Positions 39,307-53,410 of a stretch of 64,000 bases of DNA are shown here, piece by piece; the first letter of the stretch is position 1; each line of letters begins with the position of its first letter. The stretch lies in assembly GCF_006345805.1 (NCBI RefSeq), contig NC_043001.1:122016001-122080000 (forward strand). Reading direction: 5' to 3'. The position numbers and the translations under genes were made by a program. The stretch is from Octopus sinensis (taxonomy: Eukaryota). A model generated the notes under the pieces. The model searched no databases, had not been told where the DNA came from, and saw only the letters and a list, made by a program, of their open reading frames with translations.

Positions 39307-41429
39307 AATATCAATGATTAAATAAATTGCAAAAAAATAATAAAAACATATGATTATATACGTTATTATTATTTTTTTTTTGCAACTTACTTAATCATTG
39401 ATATTTTATTGTTATTTTAATTTTAATACTTCTATTATATGTAATTTTCTAGATGGTGTAATTGTTCATTTTGAATTGTTAAAGGTGTTTTTTTTCTAAT
39501 TTTTTATATATATATTACATTGTGTGAAATTTGATTTAGTATTTCTAAATTGAATTTTTTTCCCTGTAAGTTTGGAGTTATATTCCCTCAAATAATTATA
39601 TATATATATATATACACGGGTTTTTTTAGCATTTTTTTTCTTTTACTTGTTTTAATCATTAAACTGGTGCCATGCTGAGACACTGCCCTGAAGGGTTCAG
39701 TCAAACAAATCAGTATTTATTTTTTTTAAAGTCTGGTTCTTATTCTATTTGTCTCTTTTGCCAAACTGCTAAGTTACGGGGACATCAACAGCTTAACACT
39801 GGCTGTCAAACAGTGGACACACATGCATGCACATACCTCCTCACATACACACATACATCCTCACACACACACACACACATTCTCACATACACACACATAC
39901 ATCCTCACACACACACACACACACCACACATACATCCTCACATACACATACATATCCTTACATACACATACATCCTCACACATACATTCATATGAACACA
40001 CATACACACACAGAGGAGAATCTGGATAAACTAGGATTTTCAGAAAGAGAAATAGACCAGCTGATTTGTACATTTCAAGTGCAGTCTGTGAGTGGAACAG
40101 TAAAAATATGCAAGACTTTTCTCAAGTTCCAAATGTGAATTTGTCTGTGTTAACTACACCCCAAAGATGGAGTCTTATATCTTTGTTGGAAACTGACTCC
40201 CTCCTCAGTGAAAGATTTATAATAATTAAGAAATAGAAGATATATAGATACATACATACATACAAGTTGGCCTATGGCTATAGTAGAAAATACACACCAA
40301 AGGTGTCACACACAGTGGGACTGAAGCTGGAATCATATTTACAAAGTGAGCTTCTTAACAACAGAGCCATGTTAAAATCCCTCTAGAATTGATTCTCATT
40401 TGTATCATTTTAAGATCAATAAAACTAGTTCTCATAAGATGCTATAACTAATTTAATTCTATTGAGTAAACCCACTTGCCAACAAATTTATTATTTGGCA
40501 TTATTATGAGAAATCTTTAGGCTTGGAAGAGGAGTAGGACTATAAGTTATGAATTTTAGCAGATTTTTATTATCGAAGTAATTATGTAACTGCTCAGATT
40601 TGATGATTAAATTTTTTGTGTATGTGGTTACTTTCTGGCTTTGAGAATCATCATCATCATCATTTAATGTCTGCTTTCCATGCTAGCATGGGTTGGACGA
40701 TTTGACTGAGGACTGGTGAACAAGATGGCTGGGCCAGGCTCCAATCTGATCTGGCAGAGTTTCTACAGCTGGATGCCCTTCCTAATGCCAACCACCCCGA
40801 GAGTGTAGTAAAAACATAGTCCAGCCACCGGACTTTGAAAAATATAGGGAGATAATTGATAGTCTAATAGTAAAAGGATTTCTCTTAGTGATTTATTTTG
40901 TATTAATCCAAGCAGTTTCTGTTTTAGTATGTTTGATTATAGGTTTTTTCAGGGTAAACTTTTTGAAAGGAATGTGACACCATAGTCAGTATCCAAGGGG
41001 AATAATTATACTTGGATAGAACTGCTGCATTGCAGTAGTCAGCAAAACCTTTTGAGCTATTTTGCGTCACCCCACACCCCCACATATGCTATATTATCTG
41101 TATACTTTGCCATATAATGTTTGACTGTGTAACATACAGTATCAGGGCATATTGAGTGTTTTGACACCCTATTTACTTTTTAAAAATTTGTAGCTACTTG
41201 TGATTAGTACAGCAAGACTGATTTTCTAGTTGTATAGCAATCTTGTTTCCTTGAAATTCACCGATTAGCATTGAACATGCATTTTAAGATAAGCAGCTAT
41301 AATAGTGCTAATAATTCATGTGTGATTTTAGTAAAGTAAATTTAGAGGGTTGATCCCTCTCATGGCAATATCTTCATATTCAGACTGGGAAAATTTTAAT
41401 TTTATGACCCCTTCTAGGTTCTGTTAAAG

Positions 41430-41740
41430 CAGTGGTTTTCAAGCAAAATCCATATATTATGTGGGGTCCACATCACAAAATAGTAAATTGGGAATCTACA
41501 ATAGTATTTTAAGGGCCCCTGAGAAAATTTTGCTTTAGATGAATGTTGCAAGAAACAGCTGGGTTTCTTTAACATTTTGCATAGTTCAACTTAGACATGT
41601 TAATGTGTGTAAAACAAAATAGGAATTTTGAAAAGAAGTTTCTATAAAACTAGTTTTTAAACATGAAATGACTCTGGAGGTCCACTAAAATAAAATAGTA
41701 ATCAAAGGGTCCATAGATAAAACATGGTTGAGAACTCCTG
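41430..41740. mobile_element. hAT-type MITE
   Basis: TIR CAGTGGTTTTCAA / TTGAGAACTCCTG; 8-bp TSD TGTTAAAG at 41422-41429 and 41741-41748. Confidence 0.88.
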
Positions 41741-42903
41741 TGTTAAAGAGAGACTTGGAAGAGATTTAACACTTGCTATTACCAGGAATGTGGCACAAGT
41801 GAATCCAAAGATAAAGCTTTTGGTACTTTGGCTGTGATTTTGAAAAACAGTTTTGAATATATCCACGAGAAGAGTATCTAAATGTTATTAGATACTTTAA
41901 ACATAAATTTGAGATAGAAAGGTATAACAGACTGCCTAACAATCTGTTGCACACATAACTGTGGCTTTCCAGGTTACCAAGTATACTGCAGAATGCCACC
42001 TGCTATCCCATCTTCTCAAATTATGTATTCTAAATTATCTGATATCATTTACATGATAATCTCAGCAGTTAATTCATAATTTGATACAGTAGGTTATTTT
42101 TCATTGTAAACATCAAGCCATGGACACTTTGGTATGTTGAACTTTAGTAGAAGCTTGTAGAGATAAAATGAGAAGTAGAACAAAAGATTCATGGTATTTA
42201 ATTTAAACTGGAAAAGCAGGTATTCTGTATATATTATTAGGTCACTCAAATGTTTATCAGCTAACATATGTCCTTTGTGTCCAATTTGTGGACACATCTC
42301 CCTCCCAAATTGGGGCTTATAACATTCAGTATCTTTTACATTAAAATCTTATTAGTTAATTCAGCTTTTAAAAATAGGAAGTTTTACCAAGTTGCAACAC
42401 TGTTATTGGAATACTTTGTCTTAACTGCTTAATATTTACTTTCAAACCTAAATTATAATATCTGGTTTATCAGGTTAATAAATGCTTTTAGAATTAAGGA
42501 GTGTTTTACATTTAAATACATATTTTTTATATGTATATATTTGTTTTACATATAAATACATATCTTTTAATATTCTGAATATATATAAATTACGACTTGT
42601 ATTTTTTTTTTTTACAGTTTTAGATAAATTCACACTGCAATTAGAATGTAGCTATGCTGGAACTTGAGGGATTTTTCATTGATTATATTGACACCAATGC
42701 AAATTTCAGTTTGGTGTTTATTTTAGCAATCTCTGGTTAAACATCACTAGTTTAAACGAGATAAGCATTAACACAAATCTAAATACATTAGCATCATCAT
42801 CATTTTACTTTATTATGTTGGTATTGGATTGGGTGGGTCTTCTGAGTCACCTTCTGTGATAAGTAGGGATGTGCTGTGCCTCTTCTAACTCTGGTGTGTG
42901 TGT

Positions 42904-42942
<39 letters not shown>

Positions 42943-43594
42943 TATGTGTGTTTGTGTATGTGTCTGTGCTTCTCTGAAAATTGCTGGTGATATTTTTGTC
43001 ATTTCCCCTGGCAAGAATTGTTCGCACACCAGATGTAATGCTTAGTGATATTTCATCTGTCCTTACATTCTGAGTTCAAGTTCCACTGAGGCTGACTTTG
43101 CCTTTTATCCTTTTTGGGGTAGATAAAATAAGTACCAGCTAAGCACTGGGGTCAATGCAATCTATTTAACTACTCCTGGGGTAACAGTATAAAATACATG
43201 CACCCCTCTGCCAAGCTATGTCAAGCCAATGTTGCAGGGTAGGTGCATCAAACCAGTATGACTTCAAGCTCAAATTCGTGGCCTCAGCATCAGACTATGG
43301 CTAGTGGAGGGAACATGCTGAGGCCTTTGTCCTGCAGTGTGCTATTCAATCCAGTTCCAATCCTCTCTCAACAAATGGGCTGCTGGCATTCCACTTTTGA
43401 AGACCTACAGAATTAAAAGATCCTTTACTTGAAAAGCAGGGAGAGTTAGTAAGAGGATAGACATTCAGTTTTAAAACCATTCTTCAATAAACTAATCATC
43501 AAGGTGGTGCTCCAGCATGGCTGCAGTCAAAGGACTGAAACAAGTAAAAGTAAAAGAATAACCCATGTTAAGATGGAAAAACAGATATATAAAC

Positions 43595-43625
<31 letters not shown>

Positions 43626-43769
43626 TTCATGCCTGGATGCATGCACATGTACACAGACACATACGCATACACCATGGGCTTTTGTGTTGTTTCTGTCTTC
43701 TAAATTCCACTCCCAATGTATTAGTCAACATGGGGTTCACAATAGAAGATATTTGCTCATAGTACCTGA

Positions 43770-44525
43770 TGTTATAATAGAAGACCTGGGTGTTATTGTC
43801 GACAGCGATTTGCATTGGACAAAACACATCGCTAAAATTGCCAGGAAGGTTGAGGGTATCTTGGCATCACTCACCAAGTCCTTTGTGAGCTGCTCTCCGA
43901 CTAACTATCGGTGGCTTTATATAGCTATGGAACGACCTCACCTGGAATTTGCATCACCGGTCTGGAACCCCTATCTTGCCCAGGATATTAATTGTCTGGA
44001 AGCTGTTCAGCAATGTGCAACCAAGAGAATACCCACCATTAGGCATTTGCCATATTCTGAACGCCTTACTTCCCTGGGCATGGATACATTGAAACTCTGA
44101 TGTCTGGCAGCTGACTTCGCAGACACCCATAAAATTATTAACCATCTTACAAACAATAACTCTGAGCACCTTTTCAAACTCCACTTGTCTAACACCCGTG
44201 GACATGTTTACAAAGTCAGAAAACAGCACAGCTCCTATGACTTTTGGAAACATTTTTTCATGCTAAGAGTTGCTGAAGCATGTAACAGACTGCTGGCATC
44301 AGTTGTTAGTTGTCAGAGCACTGCATCCTTCAAACCTTCCATGCTTTCTGAGATTCACCAACACTACACCTGATTTTCTCCCCTCCATACATGCATGTAT
44401 CTGACTCATACACTGTTCACTTTCCAGACATTTGTACATTACTGCATATGCTTTGTATGCACTTTTGACAAGTTGTGGTGCACCTGAGCACTGTATACAA
44501 TATTTTCATTATTATTATTATTATT
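43770..44525 (+). mobile_element. 5'-truncated CR1/L2-clade LINE (RT C-terminus, 3'UTR, (TAT)n tail)
   Basis: DLGVIVDSDLHW...RPHLEFASPVWNPY...YSERL..LG..TL*...TRGH..K...FF..RV...N.L, with one in-frame stop at 44098-44100. 3' tail fragments of the same family at ~53718-53825(+), ~62950-63000(-), and a related one at ~47220-47500(-). Confidence 0.92.
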
Positions 44526-44675
44526 AAGATACTCTCTCAAACTGCTATCTAGTGTTATTGAACCCAGAATCAAGTAATTGTAAAGCTATCCTCTTAGCCA
44601 CATGACTATGCCTTATTTTTGTTTCAGTTATAATTTTGCAATATTATGATTGATTGACATTTTAATTTATTTTAG

Positions 44676-44771
44676 GTGGATTGCTACTCTTTCGCTGTTC
44701 AGTGTTCATGCTTTAATAAGCCTCTTGCTGCTTATTGGGATGCTGACTTGTTCCCGTTGTTTGTTGATATT
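44676..44771 (+). CDS. TTYH: Tweety homolog exon (TM3); phase 2 to 2
   Basis: tttattttAG acceptor, GTAAGT donor. (R)WIATLSLFSVHALISLLLLIGMLTCSRCLLI matches TTYH TM3 and the S-K/R-C-L-L motif. Confidence 0.93.
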
Positions 44772-45837
44772 GTAAGTATTCACAAATAATAGAGTATTAT
44801 AATTTGCTTGATGCTTTTGTAATGTGTAAATGATATATATGTATTGAAATCACCTTTAAACGATGCAGAGGGGAAAAGTTAGGCAAAATATGTGTGCGTG
44901 TGTGTGTGTGTATCATCATTTGTTAAATGCTTCTGTTATATTTTGGAAAAGATCCCCGCTTAGGAAATATTAGAAAGAAAACAATCTAAATGACTGAACA
45001 CTTTTTTCTCTGTAATCTTGGGTTATTTTCTTTTTTTACATTTGATAAGGAGAATCTTTCCCGAAATATTATAGAAGCATCAAATAAATGATGACACACA
45101 CACACACGCACACACACAAGCACACACATAAATTTGTGTTTGTTTACAGCTGTGATTGCTTATATAGTGTAGCAAGGGATATTGTTTGTTGTCAGTTTCT
45201 CCTGTCAACAAATCATTTGGTCACTTTGTGCATTTGATGCCACATATTGCATTAGAGATCTCTCCCTTGTGAAAATAATAAAATAAAAAAGAATGAAATT
45301 AGCATCACAAAGGATAGTTGGCTGAATACTATGCTTTAGAAAGCATATTTGTCCAACCCATGCAAGCATGGAAAAGCAGACATAAAAGGAATGAATAATC
45401 TCCAGTGTGCCATGAAGTTTAAAGAAATCAAGAACTACTGAGTTAGAGTTATGGAATTTTATCAGTCACCTCAATGAACTCTCAAGATTAATGAGTTGGG
45501 TAGTATGAGAGTTAATGTTCACTAGACCAGAAATAAGATTGGAATCAGTCTGAGTTCAGTGAAGGGTAGAACTATTAAATCACTGATTACATTAGCTATA
45601 GAATAGCAGTCAACCAGTTCCTTGTTAGTTTACTCAGTGTGGGCACAGACTTGGAAAGAATGTGTCACTTAGATTAGTAGCTTGTAATTAAACTTTAAGA
45701 GATATAAGGGTCATAAAAAAGTAATGTTTAGAAAACTGGTATGAAAATTAGGATGTTGTTTTAAAACAGAACTTGCTGTTGGAAATAAAGCAGTATTTTA
45801 ACAGCTATGGTTATATATTTTTATTTATTTGGTATTG

Positions 45838-46180
45838 CATCATCATCATTATCATCATCATCATCGTTTAATGTGCGTTTTCCATGCTAGCATGGGTTGG
45901 ACGGTTCGACCGGGGTCTGGGAAACCAGGAGGCTGCACCAGGCTCCAGTCTGATCTGGCAGTGTTTCTACAGCAGGATGCCCTTCCTAACGCCAACCACT
46001 CTGTGAGTGTAGTCGGTGCTTTTTACGTGCTACCGGTACAGGTGCCAGGGGAGGCTGGCAATGGCCACGATCAGTTGGTGCTTTCTACGTGCCACCAGCA
46101 CAGAAGCCAGTCAAGGCGGCGCTGGCATCGGCCACGTACGGATGGTGCATTTTACATGCCACCGGCACAGGTATTGCAAT
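45838..46180 (-). mobile_element. (GAT)n-tailed SINE-like family C (CCCATGCTAGCATGGAAAGCGGACGTTAAA tail), representative copy
   Basis: Copies at approx. 10040-11050(+), 22133-22390(-), 32560-33085(+), 35130-35420(+), 40648-40808(-), 50060-50342(+), 50832-51180(-), 55850-56118(+), 56288-56546(+), 59215-59405(-). Confidence 0.88.
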
Positions 46181-46605
46181 TACAATTTCCATGTGAATAA
46201 TAGCACTGTTGGTTACACAGCATTTTTGATGATGAGTGTTACATGGGACCTGGAAACACATGGTTGTGAAGCATTTTGCTATGCTTGCACCCAGGTGTAG
46301 GGTTAACCAAACAATGAAACAAGTGATTCAGTTTTAGTTTTGTATTAACATAAATTTACTATTTACTCTTTTACTTGTTTCAGTCATTTGACTGCGACCA
46401 TGCTGGAGCACTGCCTTTAGTCGAGCAAATTAACCCCAGGACTTATATTCTTTGTAAGCCTAGTACTTATTCTATCAGTCTCTTTTGCCGAACTGCTAAG
46501 TTACAGGGACGGAAACACACCAGCATCGGTTGTCAAGCGATGTTGGGGGGACAAACGCAGACACACAAGCATATAACATATACACACACATACATATATA
46601 TATAC

Positions 46606-46649
<44 letters not shown>

Positions 46650-48049
46650 GACGGGCTTCTTTCAGTTTCCATCTACCAAATCCACTCACAAGGCTTTGGT
46701 TGGCCCGTGGCTATAGTAGAAGACACTTGCCCAAGGGATTGAACCCGGAACCATGTGGTTTGTTAGCAAGCTACTTACAATGCAATCTGGATGTTAATAT
46801 AGCTTTACGCAGACACCCAAAGTATGGCTAGTAATATAACTGAGAGTATTCTGTATTTATACTTTCACTTGGGTCATAATATAGTGTCTCTGCCTACATT
46901 GAGTGTGTGATATTCTCTCCACCCTCCCTCAGTGTATCTCATGAAGTGATCAACTACACAGTCGACCTTGGCAGAATTTGAACTCAGAACATAAAGACAG
47001 ACAAAATACTGCTAAGCATTTCGCCTGGCGTGCAAATGTTTCTGGCAGCTCGCTGCTTTGGTTTGCCCATATATTACCATATTAAGTAGAGCTAGTGTCA
47101 ATGGTGTTCTATTGTATGACTAGATAACTTTGTATTCCACCTTTTCACAATTGACAGAAGAGATTGTTTGTAGTCTTCTGAATGATTTCTTTCTTAACAT
47201 TGTCTTAAGTTCTATGAGCTTAAGGTGTACAGCGCTTATGTGCATTACAACTCATTAGGAAAGGTTATAAGAGAGGACAAAAGGTAGATATTAAGTCAAG
47301 TAAAGAAAGACAGCAGAAAAGGCTGGAAGTACATGCACAGTACACAGAATAAAACAAAAAGCTGAAAAAGGGAACATTAAGAGTCTTAAAGAGATAAAAG
47401 TATGTGAGCATGTCTGGTGTAGTGTTGGCAAATTTCAGAAAGCATGGCGTTTTTGAAGGATGCCTTGCCCTGACTGTTTACTGCAGATGTGGGTAGTTGA
47501 TTCCATATTTTGATTATTCAGAGTTTGTAAAAATGTTTCTGAAAATCATGGATTCTGTGCTAAGTTTTATGATTTCTATAAGCATGTCCATGAATAGTAA
47601 AGGTATTGAAATCAAACATTTTGTTTCAAATTTACTCAAAATTATTAAAACACAGGCTGGTTTTATTTTATTTTTTTTTCTAAACCAGCCTGTGTTTGAA
47701 TAAGGTTAATTTTCATTGTTTCTTTCATTTAAATAAAGCTTCGAGCAAATCATTGTTTGATGTTTAGTTAAACTTTTTATGATCGTTTTCACTTTTACTT
47801 TTTCTTTAAGAGTTGCACACCCCAAATTTTTTTACCTACTTGGGTCATATTTATTTTCATTAAAGTCAAAAGCTAACATGCTTCTTCAATCAGCTTGTTT
47901 ATATATGAGCAAAAATCTAAAATAGATTTTGTGGTGTAGGCTTGACAAGTAGTGCATGAGAAGAATAACAGTGCACTAGAGAGTTCATGAATATACTTTT
48001 AGCTTTGTTCCATGTTCCTTTGTAGTTTTTAGGCCATTATGTAACCCAC

Positions 48050-48421
48050 AAAGGTGGCAAACTAACAGAAATGTTAGCACACCAGGCGAAATGCTTAGCA
48101 ATATTTTGTCTGTCTTTACAGTCTGAGTTCAAATACTGCCGAGGTCGACTTTGCTTTTCATCCTTTCGGGGTCGATAAATTAAGTGCCAGTCGACTGGTC
48201 CACTCCCCCAAAATTTCAGGCCTTGTGCTAGAATAGAAAAGAAATGCTTAGTGGTATTTCGTCTGTCTTTATGTTCTGAGTTCAAATACTACCAAGGTCA
48301 ACTTTGCCTTTGATCCTTTCAGGGTCGATAAATTAAGTACCAGTTGCATACTGGAGTTGATATAATTGACTGGTCCCACTCCCCTGAAAATTTCAGGCCT
48401 TGTGCCTAGAGTAGAAAAGAT
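48050..48421 (+). mobile_element. SINE family A, tandem short-tail copies
   Basis: A full copy is followed directly by a 5'-truncated copy starting at GAAATGCTTAGTGGTATTTC. Confidence 0.85.
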
Positions 48422-48676
48422 TATGTGACTCACAGGCATAGTACATAGTTGAAAAAGACATTAGTCTTTCTTCCTTTTTTTTTCTTCTTGAGGGAAAATG
48501 GCTGTTACTTCTAGCAATTCAATGGATCATACAGAGGTTCCCTAAATGAATTGTCTCAAGTGATTGATTACTAATCTTAACAACTGCTAAAAAATAATTA
48601 TCTGTGTTAATGAGCAGCAGTAATATTTATCCCTGTCATCTTACATATTGATACTTTATTTCTTGTCTCCTTACAG

Positions 48677-48749
48677 CTGCGTATTGTTTGGGTGCCTGGC
48701 TCTGATGTTAATCTGGATTGGTGGAGGGCTTTATCTTGGAACTGCTGTG
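48677..48749 (+). CDS. TTYH: Tweety homolog exon (TM4); phase 2 to 0
   Basis: tctccttacAG acceptor, GTAAGT donor. (F)CVLFGCLALMLIWIGGGLYLGTAV. Confidence 0.93.
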
Positions 48750-51700
48750 GTAAGTTACTCTTTATCTCTTTAAAGTATTTTCTATCTAAACATTGTAGAC
48801 CAGGTCTCCTTTCGTTTGGTCTGATGTCTCCATCGAATTAATCTGATAATTATTTTGTCTGCTTTCATTTTAACCCTCTTTTTCTTTTTCCTCGCTCTCT
48901 CACTTTCTTCCTTTAAAAGTTTTCTTCTCCCTCCCTTATTGCCTTTCTCTATTTCTTCTCTCTTATCGCCTTTCCTTTATCTCTTCTGTCTTACCTTAAT
49001 AAATCTCATATCTCTCTTCCACTGTCTCCTGTTGCTCTTCCCCTTGTCTATCTCCATTCCCCCCACTCTTTCCTCTTCACCCCCCCCCGTGTGTCTTCAC
49101 CCCCTCCCCCATTGTTCCTCACATTTTCCATTTATTTCCGTTTTTCTCTATCTACACATCTTTCTAACTGACAGTAGTCCAATCATTTTCAAATCACATC
49201 CTCCCATCTTAAAAAAATGTAACATACATGGGATAAGTTACTTTTTGAAACACCAGTCTTCTTGAAACACTGGTTGTTCATGGTTGGAATACCTTTGATC
49301 AAACATTTACTGCATCTAGGATACCTGAGAGATCAATATATATATATATACAAAGCAGGAATACAAGCATTTTTATATGATTACTGAACACACTAAATAT
49401 AGCAGCCAAATCTCCTTTAAATTATGCCCATTTGTCTTTAAAAAAAAGGAAACACACACACTCTCTCTTTTTTTTCTCTGTCTCTCTCTCTGTAATTCTG
49501 TCTCATAAATTTTGTCTTTCTCTCTTTTTCTCTCTCATACACACACTCTTTCTCCCTCATACACACTCTTCCTCTCTCTTACATACATACACATATACAC
49601 TCCTACACTCTCTTTGTCTCTCTTTCTCCCTCTCTCATACACATGCACAGTATATTTGTCTTTCTCTCCCAGATACATACTTTCACTGTTGCAGTCTCCT
49701 ATATTTGTCAAGCAGTGTAACATAATTAGATTTTCAACTGAGAATGTCACCACTCTTTACATTTACTTAAATGTCATTTCCCATGGTTCGTTGATGGAGT
49801 TTGGCAATCCTACAGATATTATGTCAGGATTAATTAACTATAATTTACTCTATTTCCTTTTACTTCATATCTTCTTCTCTCTCTCTCTTCTACATTTATG
49901 TCATTGCCTAACTTGCTAATCAAAAATGCATAGGTAGGTAACATAGGGTATGTCATGCCCTATACATATACTGTAGATTTTCTAAGGAAGTAAGAAGTCA
50001 AAACCTTGCAGCCATCAGGGGAAAGCCATGTACGTCAACACCAACATCAAAATAAAAATCAAATGGAAATTGTAGTTAAGGTACCCGTGCCGGTGACATG
50101 TAAAAAGCACCATCCGAACATGGCAGATGCCAACGCTGCTTGACTGGCGTGCATGTTGGTGGCACGTAAAAAGCACCCACTACACTCATGGAGTGGTTGG
50201 CGTTAGGAAGGGCATCAAGCTGTAGAAACACTGCCAGATCAGACTGGAGCCTGGTGCAGCCTCCTGGTTTCTCAAACCCCGGTCGAACCATCCAACCCAT
50301 GCGCATGGAAAACGGACATTAAACAATGATGATAATGATGAGTAATTAGAAGTTCCATATGGCATGTCTAATCACTCCCATCTCCTCGTGTTTTTTACTA
50401 CTCCTAACCACCCTTTTATAATGCAGGTAGCCCCATGCTTCTTTTCTATAGCAAGGCACCTGTGCTTGTCCCTCTCTCGTACTGTAATCCCACCAACATC
50501 TCTCCCCACTCTCATATACATCTCCAACTAATTTGAGGGGTCCTTTTTCTTTCCATGTTCTTTTTCCTGTCTTGTTAGTTACTTGGTGACCTTTCTCGTG
50601 CCATTGGCATGAAAAGTGCACTGAGTACACAGACTATTAAGAGATTGATGTGAGAAAGGGCATTCAGCTGTAGAAGCCATGCCAAAGCTGACACTGTAGC
50701 ATGATCAGCTCTGTGGCTTGCTGGATCCTATCAAACTGTCCAACTCAAGCCATCATGGAAAACAGAAGATAAATGAGAATGAAAACATTTAGTGACATTA
50801 TGAGCAGGCTGTCAGCAAAGGTACACTTCTTCATCATCATCATCATTTAATGTCCGCTTTCCATGCTAGCATGGGTTGGACGATTTGACTGAGGTCTAGC
50901 AAACCAGAATTTGATCTGGCAGAGTTTCTACAGCTGGATGTCCTTCCTATCGCCAACCATTCCGAGAGTGTAGTGGGTGCTTTTACATGCCACCGGCACG
51001 AGGGCCAGTTTGGTGGTACTGGCAACGGCCACGCCAAAATGATGCTTTTTACATGCCACCTGCACAGGAGCCAATCCTGCGGCACTGGTGATGACCTCGC
51101 TTGAATGTTTCACATACCACCAGCACGAGTGCTAGTAAGGCGGCACGGTAACAATCACGCTCGAATGGTGTTTACTTCATATTTTAGCAAATATAAAGAA
51201 GCAGTCAGAAGTCAGTATGCACTTGAAATGCATTTTTAAATGTCCCATTGGGCCTCACAGAGGCAAAGTGACCAAGTTCCTTTCGAGTGTTGGGCCTCAC
51301 AGCAGCAATGAGACACATAATGTTTTTCTTTCTCTCTCTCCTATCTGTGTATATTTCTGAGTGTGTATTTGTGTGTATGTATGCATTAAGCACCAAAACA
51401 AGCATGATGTCCAGTTAGCCACACCAAATCATCAGCATCATAACAGCTGCACCCAGCTGTCTCATTCTGGATGTCCACCTCTAAAGAACTGGTGTAGCCC
51501 ATCCAGCAGGTTTCTTTACAGTTTCCTTTAACCCTGTTTCACTTGCACAACTTGCATCAACTAGAATCTATAATATGAGACACTTGCCCAAAGTATGGTA
51601 TTGAACCTACAACAACATGATTATAAGGTGAACTGCTTAGTCATTCGTGGCACTCCGTCGGTTATGACGACGAGGGTTCCAGTTGATCCAATCAATGGAA

Positions 51701-52618
51701 CAGCCTGCTCGTGAAATTAACATGCAAGTGTTTGAGCACTCCACAGATACGTGTACCTTTAATGTAGTTCTCAGGGAGATTCAGCGTGACACAGTGTGAC
51801 AAGGCTGGCCCTTTGAAATACAAGTACAACAGAAACAGGAAGAAAGAGTGAGAGAAAGTTGTGGTGAAAGAGTACAGCTGGGTTTGCTACCACCCCATGC
51901 TGGAGCCTCACGGAGCTTTTAGGTGTTTTCGACTTAGTCATTACCATATATTGCTATGTTATACTCAAGCTATGATTTGGTAAAAAAGGGCAAAGACTCA
52001 CATCGGTCATGTATGACCATGGGATTGCACCCAGAAAGTTCCCTTTCGAGGTACAAGGCCGAGCAAGGTTGTTTAAGGAAGACCAGCAGTTGCCCATGCA
52101 TAATAGCCTAGCCTCTCCATGCCACAGATGTTATCCAAGGGAAAGGACGATATAGCTTGGCACCAGTGAAGTTGCAACTCATTTCTACAGCTGAGGGAAC
52201 TGGAGCAACAGAAAATAGTCTTGTCTTTCTCAAGAGCACAACACACAACCTGATCTGGGAATTGAACTCACTGTCCCATGATTGTAAGCCTGGAGATCTA
52301 ACCACTGAGCCACACACCTTCACATTATGATTGTGAATCCTATGATTCAGTTATGTCTAAATTATCCATCTTATGGTCTTTTGTTTAATTTGAAATATGT
52401 AATTGGTAAACTTTACCCTTTACATTATTAACTTGGAGCTATAATCCCATGAATTACCACCAATTACTTAATATTTTTGCACTGAAGGCCTACTACCTTC
52501 AATAATTTTTACTTGATCGTGTTGACTGCAAAATATATTTCAGTTTGGTTGTGTATGTGAAATTTTTATGTTCCTATCTTTAAAATCTCAATTTTTATTT
52601 TCTTTCTCCTTTTCCCAG

Positions 52619-52688
52619 GATTTTGGTGACCTTTGCGTCAACCCTGATAATTATGTAAAGCAGCAAACCAGTGCAAACATGGAAGCTA
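52619..52688 (+). CDS. TTYH: Tweety homolog exon (D-x-C-x-x-P-D motif); phase 0 to 1
   Basis: ttttcccAG acceptor, GTAAGT donor. DFGDLCVNPDNYVKQQTSANMEA corresponds to vertebrate SDFC-x-x-PD. Confidence 0.95.
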
Positions 52689-52798
52689 GTAAGTAAATGA
52701 TGATACTGTTGTCTTTATTTAAGATTGTATCATATTTTCTTAAAACTATATTAAGACAATATATCTGAGACAAACTGTATTTTTCTTTCTTTAAACAG

Positions 52799-52851
52799 AA
52801 GTCCTTAATGCTTATTTGAAATGCACTGATCTTCGAGAACCATTTGCAGAG
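52799..52851 (+). CDS. TTYH: Tweety homolog exon; phase 1 to 0
   Basis: ttctttaaacAG acceptor, GTAAGT donor, after a 110-bp intron. (K)VLNAYLKCTDLREPFAE corresponds to the family Y-x-x-C...N/E-P-F motif. Confidence 0.93.
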
Positions 52852-53028
52852 GTAAGTGGATAGGGTAGTTCATTAGACCATAGCTGGAATCCATACAACC
52901 TATGGATTTACCTATTTCTGCCACATATTTTTAGAACTTAATTTATTTTCTCCAATTTCTATTTTTAATTCCTTCTACTTTGTCTATTTAAATATATATT
53001 CTGTCATATTTCACAATAAAATAAAATA

Positions 53029-53410
53029 TCTATTTTTCTCTCTATATATAAACGGCAAAATGTGTGTGTGTGTGTGTGTGTGTATCCTTTATACAAATCC
53101 ACAATTTTTCAGTTAGAGGGTTTGCACTTTCTACGGTCATTCAAAACCGTCGAAGGGTGGTCATGCACATCTTTACATTTCCCCAGTCACCCCGCAAAGC
53201 CATTATAAAATCAATAGAAGTGACTTTTTTGTGAATTTTCTATCCAAAACCCAATCAAAGTGCCCGAAACTTGATGCGCCAATTGAATGCCAGCTAGCTG
53301 TATGTGATTGGTCGGAGATTTGGACAGTACTCGCATGTATGTGCGCACACACGCAGCTGTATATGCATGCACTAGCACTGTGACCCGGTGTTGCCAGGTC
53401 ATAGTGCTTG
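53029..53410 (+). mobile_element. Non-autonomous Helitron
   Basis: 5' TC...TCTATATATAAA; 3' hairpin CTAGCACTGTGACC/GGTCATAGTGCTTG, ending CTTG|t (degenerate CTAG). Confidence 0.7.

Noticed and set aside
43280-43325. Perfect 11-bp hairpin GGCCTCAGCAT/ATGCTGAGGCC as an ncRNA
   Set aside because: The stem is short and lies in repeat-like sequence, with no other ncRNA features.
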